From Ruditapes philippinarum (lineage: Eukaryota): a DNA stretch of 64,000 bases. The translations under genes were made by a program, and so were the position numbers. Where the stretch lies: NCBI RefSeq assembly GCF_026571515.1, contig NW_026853013.1, forward strand, positions 62,001-126,000, in the 5' to 3' direction. Positions 54,301-64,000 of this stretch are shown here, piece after piece. Every line of letters starts with the position of its first letter. Positions within the stretch are counted from its first letter, which is position 1. The notes under the pieces were generated by a model. The model was not told where the DNA came from. It did no database searches and saw only the letters and a list, made by a program, of their open reading frames with translations.

Positions 54301-54617
54301 CTGGTCAGGCGTTTTGTAATGCTGTACTTTTTTGTTTGCTTGATGAGACAGTGAGAGTATATATTGTTGAAATGCTACAGAAATGTTGCAGAAATCCACG
54401 AAATCTTAGTACTAACGGGGAGCGAGATAGACTAGTTCCAGCTCTTGGAAACAACAATTCTGCAAACCACAGCTACATTGCAGCAGACGAAATACCGGAT
54501 ATGTCTTCCAGACGATATAAGTCTACAAACTCTTCTAGATCATTTGGCAAGTACTCCAGCATAAGCTCCGACAAAAATCACATTTTTTCTCTGGAGCATT
54601 CAGCTCAAGTTATATAA
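51384..54617 (+). CDS. GPR157-like: GPR157-like GPCR, gene 5 (subfamily B), ~375 aa; exons 51384-51576, 52130-52342, 52850-53046, 54093-54617
   Basis: Canonical splice sites give 193+213+197+525=1128 nt in frame. Motifs [26 protein letters not shown] and GDPGQAFCN are present. Confidence 0.92.
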
Positions 54618-54880
54618 CATGAATTCATTGCATACTGTTTACTAACATGCTTTCTGACAAGAACCGTGACCTGTATGATTTAGATGTAATGTTGATATGT
54701 GAAAACAATCAGTGCAATAACATTTCTGGTCCGAAAGATGATTTCTTAGTTGATATGATATGTTATTTGTATTGTTTATTTCTATGTGAACTCTTGTTGC
54801 TAGATATGTTTTGGACTAAGACACGCAGTTAACATGACCTCAATATGCAAACATGAAATCCTAAAATGTATGCTTAAATA

Positions 54881-56124
54881 CAGTCGAAACTGTCTTAAGC
54901 AGCCAGCCAAGGGATGCAGTCATTTTGGCTGCTTAAGACAGGTGGCTGCTGAATGGAGGATCCAGTTTTTATCCAAACATATTATTCATTTCTTTGTAAA
55001 ATAAATCTGATTTAAGTATAAATAAACCAGTCTGATTCATCATCATCATCATCATCATCATCAGTTTTTTAACCATTTACAAACGTATGCCTTTAATGGT
55101 TTAACATGTACACAATCCTTCCAACATATAAAGCTTTACATGAATGTAACACAGATAAACAAATGCACTCACGATTTATTATGTCAATAATTGAAACTAT
55201 TTATCCCATAAAAATATCTTCTTGCACAATAATTTAAAATGCGTAATATTTTTTTCACAAAAAAAGTATGACAGTTTCTTTTTCTAACTTTTGATCAATA
55301 GAATATTGTGTACACGTCATCTAAGTGTCGGCACTTCCTTTGATGTTTCGGATTAAAACAGCAGGGCTACAGGTTTGTAAACATCAAAGATTCCTTTGAA
55401 GAGACCGCTAGTTACCTCTTAGAGGTCATCTAGTGTGTAAACTTAATGGGTGTGATTTAACAGTGACCTCATTTGCAATTTTATTTTCACACATGGAGCA
55501 TGTGTTTTTATGAATTTATTACTGAGGAATTTAGACAATCGGCGATGTAATTCATTTTCATTTCTTTGGTAAGTACCATGTACGCACAAAATTTATCTGA
55601 ATCGGGATTAACTTAAATTTCTTTCTGCCATCGACAATGCATTGTTTTCTTATTTCTTTTTTTCTTAAAATCGGTAAATTGAAAAATAAAAAACTAGCGT
55701 ACAGTAACTCAAAAGAACGAATTGCAAGTGCGTTGAGACGTTCCAAACGTTTGTAATTACGACACGGATGAGCAATTATGCAAACTTCTTGAAATGTTGT
55801 GGTTTTATGTTAATATCTAGCACCTGACAAGTAGCTTTTGTTAATCCGTGACACGTGTCATCTTTGAAAATAAATGACAGAATATTGCCTGGCCGTTTCA
55901 CCTGGCTGACCGCAGAAGATTGCCTGGCCGTTTCACTTGGCTGACCGCTTAAGATGACCGACTTTAAGATTTGGGAAGCATTTTAGGTGACCGTTGACCG
56001 CGGACAGCAGGTGACCGTTGAACAGATGTATAAAATAGAGTGGTTTTCGTCGGGAGCGTCACAAAATGGCCGTTTAGGTCAGGTGACCGCCGATAAGAGG
56101 TGACCGTTAGTACAGTTTCGACTG
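54881..56124. mobile_element. Tc1/mariner(pogo)-type non-autonomous element, 1244 bp
   Basis: TA TSD and TIR CAGTCGAAACTGT / ACAGTTTCGACTG. Subterminal ggctgctt/tgaccg repeats. Empty site cttaaaTActaacg at ~31433. Contains (CAT)n at ~55037-55062. Confidence 0.88.
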
Positions 56125-56277
56125 TACTAACGTAACAAACAAATGCACATAAAATCTTAAATTAAAAGAAAAAATATTAAAATGTACAATCATTCTTAAA
56201 GATGGAGAAACCTGTGCAATGACGATTACTACGCAGCAAGACGAATCGTAAAGGCTACTTTTAAATAATGATTGATA

Positions 56278-57278
56278 CAAGTTTGCTTCTTTAAAAAGAA
56301 GCATGCGAGAGGTCTTTTTGCTGCTGTGGAAGATTTGTTTAATTTGAAAATATTTGGAAATAAGACACAACGAATGGTTATTAATTACAATTATTTAACA
56401 AAATATAATTTATTATATAAATTGAATATATAGTATCATAATGAAAGTTTGTTTACACTTCATTTTTTAATGTTTTGAAAGATTATATGCTGGAGAAATG
56501 GATTTTTTTCCTTGACGCATTAGGGATACTTTTTATACAAAGGGAACTAAATTTAAAATAAATGATATGTATATTAAAAGTAGTATCAAAACAAAAGTTT
56601 CTTGTAAAATTCAATCAGCAAATTTTCGGTTTATGTTTTGGTAAGTATATGAAAACATTTCCTCTACGTTTTCCAAAACGGGCATAAAGTATGTTAATTA
56701 GATAATTTTAAGTCCAGGATTTACATAAAAATGTTTTATATCATTTGATTGGAATAAACAGAATATAAAGCTGCATGCCTTCAACCACAATATTTTAAGA
56801 AAATCAAACGTGTGTCAAATTTGTGCCACTTGCGCCAAAAAATCCCCGTTGCGTTACTTAGTCATACCAGTTCAAAAAGAACTTTGTACAAGCGGTACAA
56901 TTTATCGGAACAAGATATAAAAACGCTATTAAGAAAACAATACTGTAATCGATTTATACAATTTAAAAGATTAAAACGGAATGAAACATCCACAACGTAA
57001 ATAATATTTTCCGATTTTTCTTTGTACCGATCGATTCGTTCACTTCGATATTCCGTAACGTACCGGAAAACGGTGTTTAGCTAGGTTTTCAAAAAGGTCA
57101 ATTTTTCGTTTAAATTAAGTCGTATTTTGAAACGGAGCATGCGCAAAACAAATTTTGTAGACTGCTCCTAATGGTTTTAAGCTGTAAATGACATTCATTT
57201 ACTACAATCAGGTACGCAAAAATGGATGCCGCCAGCAATCAGTCTGAACACTATGGAGAGGTCTGATGACCTCTCCAA
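56278..57278. mobile_element. Second Helentron/HINE-like element, ~1 kb
   Basis: Absent from copy A (~31583). Starts ACAAG, TGCTTC..GAAGCA hairpin, GAGAGGTC. Ends in the perfect hairpin TGGAGAGGTC-TGAT-GACCTCTCCA. No TSD. Confidence 0.7.
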
Positions 57279-57499
57279 TAAATACAGTGCCTATGGTAAA
57301 TTATTTGATAACATCTACCATGTTATATGCAAGTCACTTACTTAACACTTTTGCACTGCATAATCATCATCTATGAAGGCAATAAACATTTTGTTGACTG
57401 GCACTGTATGTACATACACTTATAAGCTGGTTAAAATCCACGATGATTTATTTTTTTATGTTTATCTGTAAACTCACGAACAGTTTTATAACGTGTTAT

Positions 57500-59799
57500 C
57501 ACGCCCGGCAAACTGTCGCTCCACTTCAAAATTGTGGTGTACGATAAAACGAGCGAACGGCATTTCCGAGATAGAGCGGAAGGCCGATTTAAACGCCTAA
57601 TTGTAAGTATTGTTTATGTTTTTGTCTTGTTATTCATTTAAGTTGTATTTTTTCGAAAAACGGAACATGTAGTTCCGTGTAGGATTGATTTAGGCTTCCA
57701 ATGATCTGAGCTGTTACAAAAAGAAAATTATATTAAGCCCAGGAGAACTTTTCTCCCTGTCGAAGCGAACGATGATTTGTAGAATATTGAACTTCCCAAC
57801 CATAGAAATGTCATACCCTTAGGATTTCTTGAAAAAGTGTATTAGTAAATTATCAACCCGTAATAAGAACTTGCCCTTCGTGCAAAATAAATTACTCCTG
57901 AAGGATTTCTTAAATTTGTAAATCGATATTTTTCGAAAGTAGTGGAGCGAAAGGGCAAGAGATGGAGCAAAAGGTTCGATGTTGAGCGCAAGGCGATATT
58001 GATTTGACAAAATCAAACATTTTTAGTTCTACCGCGAACAAATGGTTCCGAGCAGGTACGTGTAACTCGATTGTTCACGCCAAAATGTAATGTTTTTCGA
58101 AAAGTTAGATATTCAAGGTGCAAAACACACATAAGTCACGTTTTCATGAATTTGTAAGGTGGGGAATCGCTATGAAAATGGTTGACAAGGTGTCAGTCTT
58201 TATAAGGATAAAACACATGTTCCAGTTATGTTTCAAGATACTTCCTCCCTTATTTAGCATTGTTGTTTATTTAGTTTATTATTTTCGTCTGTAAGTGTAA
58301 ATAGAAATTTCTACTATAACTAGGTCTATTATATTATTGATAATTTTAGTCCTTACACCGCCTGAGTTCTGCCTCACTTTGAGAGGAAAATAATAAACTA
58401 AACAACAATGCTAAATAAGGGAGGAAGTATCTTGAAACATAACTGGAACACGTGTTATATCCTTATAACAACTGACACCTTGTCAACCATTTTCATAGCG
58501 ATTCCCCACCTTTCAAATTCATGAAAACGTGACTGATTTGTGTTTTGCTCAGAACAGGTACGTTAGAGCTATTAATTACAGACAGTCATTGTGAACTGAA
58601 CTTGGTAGTAGTGATCCATTTAATTTAATGCGTTCCATGCATTGCATAATTTTGTTTCTGTTCTGCACCTTGAATTTCTAACTTTTCGAAAAACATAACA
58701 TTTTGGCGTAAACAATCGAGTTACACGTACCTCCTCGGAAACATTTGTTCGCGGTAGAGCTAAAAATATTCGACTTTGTCGCATTTAGATTAAACATATT
58801 TTATTTCAAACATTTTCAAACAAACATATATTACAGACAATCAATAGTTACATAATATACAATGCTGAAAAAGGATTAGATCCGAAAGCATACAATGCTT
58901 ATAGAGGTCTTTTCCTAACATATAATTCATTACTGTAAATTGTTTGTCCCATTTGCACGAACACACGTTTTTAAATGTACATAACCATGTCAAAAATCAT
59001 GATTTGACCTCGAATAAGTGGCATCCTGTATTATGCCATGCATTAATGTGTATGATTCAATGGTCGGGCCTCATCCAAATTTCGAACATAAATAATGGAA
59101 TCTACACGGCAGCCATAGGTGACACCTTCGCGATTACAGTTATTACGCTATAGTCGTTGAAAGGATATCACAATTTATCAGTTCTCTTTAAAAGGTATAT
59201 ATATCTCGGTCTTAAACACTTGATCATGTCTATTTTAACTTCTATAGCTTTTATTTATAAAAATCATTGTACGCTCTCCTAATACGTCAAATTGATATCG
59301 CCTTGCGCTCAACATCGAACCTTTTTGCTCCATCTCTCGCCCTTTTCGCCTCCACTACTTTCGAAAAATATTGATATACAAATTTAAGAGAAATCCTTTA
59401 GGAGTAATTTATTTTGCACGAAGGACAAGTTCTTATTACGGGTTGATAATTTACTAATACACTTTTTCAAGAAATCCGAAGGTATGGCATTTTCTATGGT
59501 TGGGAAGTTCAATATCCTACAAATCATCGTTCGCTACGTCAGGGAGAAAAGTTCTCCTGGGCTTAATATAATTTTCTTTTTGTAACAGCTCAGATCATAT
59601 GAAGCCTAAATCAATCCTACACGGAACTACATTTTCCGTTTTTCGAAAAGATACAACTTAAATAAATAACAAGACAAAAACATAAACAATACTTACAATT
59701 AGGCGTTTAAATTGGCCTTCCGCTCTATCTCGGAAATGCCGTTCGCTCGTTTTACCGTACACCACAATTTTGAAGTGGAGCGACAGTTTGCCAGGCGTG
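57500..59799. mobile_element. 2.3-kb foldback element with CAC...GTG termini and 5-bp TSD (Transib-like signature)
   Basis: TSD GTTAT at 57495-57499 and 59800-59804. Empty site aacgtGTAATgttc at ~31796. Left arm 57500-58285 is mirrored by 58386-58547, 58664-58780 and 59287-59799. Confidence 0.85.
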
Positions 59800-62700
59800 G
59801 TTATGTTCAAACAGAAAAGGCTTACTGAACTGGGCATTTGTTTTCATGAAATAGAAAAGTGAATGAAGTAAAAGGTTTTGTTCTAAAGAAACGTGGTATC
59901 AATGAATTGCTTGCAATTTGCATATTGTATATTGTTTATTAATTTATTAAAAAAAAAAAAATATTGATATAAGTAATTGTCAGTGAAGTATTTGTAAAGA
60001 TGTTTCGTAATCGTACAATGATGAAAAAAGAAAACCGCTTAGACAACGAAAAATAAAATATCTTTCATCTGTTAAATATGTATATAGGGAAATGAAAATT
60101 TATGTCAAAAACTGTGTCATTTCTCATTCTAGTGATTATATTAAAGCTGCATTAAAACTGTGGCTATTGATGGCGCAGGAGTAAAACGGTTTTATATATT
60201 CATGTCACAGAGTCTTGTACACAGGATGTATGTAGAAGTACAAACTCTAGGCGTGTGTTCGATATTTTAATGCTAATTAAGTAAAATCTTGTAAACACAA
60301 TAAAAATTAATATATAATACATTCAAAAACAATATATACACAATTGACGCGAAAAAAGAAATACAATACATGATTTAAGCTTAATGAAACGATTCTTTAC
60401 TACCGAGTCAATACCAAATTATTTCAATATAAAATGAAATTAAGTAAACTGGAAAATCTAAATGTCAATATAGTTCATCTAATTTAAATAATATTTATCT
60501 AGTGACTCGTAAGAGGTAACAGTAAAGAGTGAGCAGGACAAAAAGGCAAACGATGCGCATATATATAGAAATTAAACAAGACTTACTGTATCATCCAGAC
60601 GTTTGAATCTTTTGTGATATGACTGGATGATACCGCATTGTATACACACCGGTCTCTCAAAATTTGCCATCCCGTTTCGGTATTGCCGGACAGGTACCAA
60701 ACAACAGTTGAACCACGTAAACCACGGCCAAGTGTCTTTTATAAAGATAACTCTAGGTATATCTGAGTTTTAAAATTACTTGTAATTTAAAATTACTTGA
60801 TATTACATCTTTGACATATCATTTTTACAATGCATATATTTTACATATTCTACTTAACCTTCGATTTGCACACACCACACTATTCAATTACTTTTGTCCA
60901 ACAATGCAACCACTTGTATGTACACGTGCTTGCTCTTAAAGTAAACACATTTTGTATTATGAGTAAAATTTCAATTTAAAGATAACTTACTAACGTAATT
61001 TAGCGGATTGTGTGAAGTGTTTTGAACTGCTCTTGAGACTGTTTTCTCGAAAGGTTATATTGACCTGATTATAGTAAAACGTACTCACCAGACTATTCGG
61101 TGCAACTTCGTAAGGTTTATATTTAACTGACAATACCCAGGATGTCTTTATAACCTATAGTTTTTATAACCTAATTATCAACGTCAATTTACACTAATAA
61201 ACCATCGTAAACCTGTAAAACCCTACATCAAAGTTCATCTAGGTTCAAGCCAAATTTCTATTTTAACGTAACAATAAGATGTCAATTATTACGCATTTGT
61301 CCAAATGGCCGAATTGACATTAATTCGTAATGATCCGATAGGTGGTTAATGACATGTAATGGCCATGTAATACGTGATATAGTATAATTAAAACATCATA
61401 TTTTGTGTCGCGGGAACTGTACATTTATCACCGTCAACGACAAGTGAAGCTCCCGTATGTATGACGTTACGTTAAAACCTACGTTTTACGGTAGTTGAAA
61501 AAAGGATTTGAACAAAAGAGGTTTGTGTTTTAACTTTTTAGAATATTATTAACTTTTCGTTGTATTTTAAGTTTTAATGGTGCTGTTTTAAATATTAAAA
61601 ATAATTTAATCGAATAAAGCTGAAAGTTTTAACCGTCTGACGTAGGCTTTTATAAAATATATAAGCATTATTTTTTGTGATATTTGTTTCGAAAAAAAAA
61701 CGGTGTTACATCACTGTGTATGTAACAATATTTATTTATTATATTTTATCCTTACGTTGTCTTGTTGCTTACAGTTTTACATGAATAATGCATTAGAATT
61801 TTTATCTGAAATGTTAAGGAAACAATAAGAAACAAATTATGTTGAATATGAATAAATGAGTAATATGAATAAAAATTAATGTTTTAAGCTTTTATCTTAA
61901 TTTGTCCGAATTTCGTTGCAATATTTTGGTCAACATAAGACCTATTTTTAAAAGACTACAACATTACTGTTGACAACAAAATATTTTAAAATTATGCTTG
62001 AGTATATGTTATTATTGTTTAAAAGAATATTTCTTCACAGTCTTGCAAATAGCAAACTTTTATTTTTAGATTATTGTAGATTTATATTTTAGATTTTTTT
62101 TAAACAGATGAGCTATTTACATAAACCAGTATCAAAACGTGTACCAGTGTACTTATTTCCGTGTCTGAAAGCAAAACATATATCAATGAATTCTTTGTTT
62201 TCATTTAGCTCATCTCCATTTGTCCAAAAGATTCATAAACACTAAAAAACAAATAAAACATGAAAAGAACACGTGTTAAAATATGTTAAAGATAAATAAC
62301 AATGAACACCAAGCCTTAATTATCTTTGCTTCAATGCTACAGAATAAGATGTTAATTAGCATATGTTGGAACTATTTCCATGACAATAGTGTTTTAAAAT
62401 TCTAAATTATCACCGGGAGGCTATTTGCATGGAAGTAATTTAGTCTTTTTGTCGATATATACATGTATTTGTGTACTGTTCCATCTAAAACAAATAATGA
62501 TTGTGTTTAATGTGCATATGATTAAAAGAACACAATCCAACGTAGTTTATCAAAACATGTTTAGCTTTAATAAGCTTCATCAGTTGATTTGATAAATAAA
62601 AGGAAATCTGTGCATATTGCATTTTTGTCTCTGTAATAATATGTAAAGTACATACATGTAATACTTACTAAAATGGCTGTGTAAGGTATTTATTATTCTA

Positions 62701-64000
62701 TTACATCGCCTGATGTAATCAATCGTACAGAATATGGATCAGTGTATGAATGTGCAATAAAAGTGTCAATTATCGGAGGAGTAAAAAAGATCAATTGATA
62801 TATATTCCGCCTTCAATGAGTTTTGTCCGTCATTACTTCATTCTACATACACCAACGAAAAAAAAAATATATATTAATAATTGAAAGAATATTATAATAG
62901 CTCTCAAGATAACACACATTATATATTGCTTTAAAGTTAATGTACTACATATTCTAAAGATCTATAATATATTACACAGCTTGCAGTTAATTATTCTAAG
63001 TATACTTTGTTTAATTCAGTTGACAAAGAATTACTTAAACAATTTAAATTTTTCTATGTTTTATCAACTCTCTGCGTTGGATCCTGAGTTAAATAGTTCA
63101 ATGATATATTCAAGTTTTTAAATAAATACATGCTTCATCAATATTTATTAGTCTACAAGTGGTGTGTTTCACGTAATCATTGTGAGAATTAATGTGAGAA
63201 TTAAACATTATAAATATTATACATCATACACCAGTAGTTTCTCGCCATGTTTTGGATGTTAAAATTTTAAATGACACTTTCTGTCACAGTGCCACAACAA
63301 CACTTCTCTTACATGCAAAAAACACAGATTCGTGTTCACATGAAGTATAATTAAACCGCTTATTACACAATGACTCGAGTCAGTGTCTTTAAAACGGATG
63401 CCGTAAATTGAATGTGTGATATAATGAACTTTATGTGCATGCCTCACGTGTTATTCGTATACATTGTAGCATTGTATAAGCAAATTTACTTGATTGTAAA
63501 GATTTTCAAAATTTTCTTCATTTTATTTTCTTTCTATTTTATCTTGAATTAAAACCTTATATATTAATGCTTTGCCTCCGAATCGATAAATAGATCACGT
63601 GGTGTATTGTTTTTAATATCCTTTTTCCTGTGTGTGTAAGTTATATTTAGGCACAACATACCTTTGGACGTTAAAATAAATTTGACCTCATGAAATATGA
63701 CCCTAACCCTTCATATGACCTTAATTCAGAATCGACTACGTAACTTTGTATTCATTTAACGGATAATGGCAATGCGTTTTTACAAACTCGTCTTTTTTCT
63801 ATAATTGACGAGATGTCAAAGGTCAAACACGCCTTATATTGTTTTCTAAAGTCATTTGTCTTAATTCTACAGTTTATAGTGTAAATGACAAAAGTTCATG
63901 ACTAATTATTTTTTAAGGATACATAGTGATTGATTACGTGGTATGGTATTTAATTCAATTACTGTGGTGAATTAACAATACATGTACCTATATTTTAACC

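Larger units (their letters stand above)
36680..60200 (+). repeat. Duplicated block, copy B (genes 4+5 and flanks)
   Basis: Colinear with 5985-32260. For example, ORF 48339-48605 translates identically to ORF 12448-12714. Confidence 0.9.

Noticed and set aside
57254-57277. Hammerhead ribozyme core (CTGATGA)
   Set aside because: It sits in the loop of a simple hairpin with no properly placed GAAA or three-stem junction.
60200-64000. A sixth receptor copy or other gene
   Set aside because: No receptor exon motifs or credible ORF; only AT-rich sequence with weak tgacct/aggtca repeat traces near 63680-63830.

Overview
AT-rich eukaryotic genomic DNA with spliceosomal introns. The SINE, Helentron-type and MITE repertoire suggests a bivalve mollusc (inference). 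The window holds a tandem cluster of five GPR157-like (class E / cAMP-receptor-like) 7TM receptor genes, all on the + strand. Each has four coding exons with identical intron phases (1,1,0) and internal exons of 213 and 197 nt. There are two subfamilies: A (genes 1, 2, 4) and B (genes 3, 5). Genes 2+3 (~5985-32260) and genes 4+5 (~36680-60200) are two copies of one ~25-kb block, separated by an N-gap. Comparing the copies gives filled versus empty sites for about nine insertions. Both genes of the first block are damaged: gene 2 has an AG>TG acceptor change, and gene 3 has a frameshift plus a 7.5-kb transposon in its last exon. Genes 1, 4 and 5 look intact. The most unusual elements are a 4.4-kb ISL2EU-like element (DDE + YqaJ remnants) flanked by ~460-bp direct repeats, a 2.3-kb foldback element with CAC...GTG ends and a 5-bp TSD, and the 7.5-kb TIR element with direct-oriented CGT-rich subtermini. 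Region ~41650-46450 looks like unpolished long-read sequence. All alignments were done by eye.
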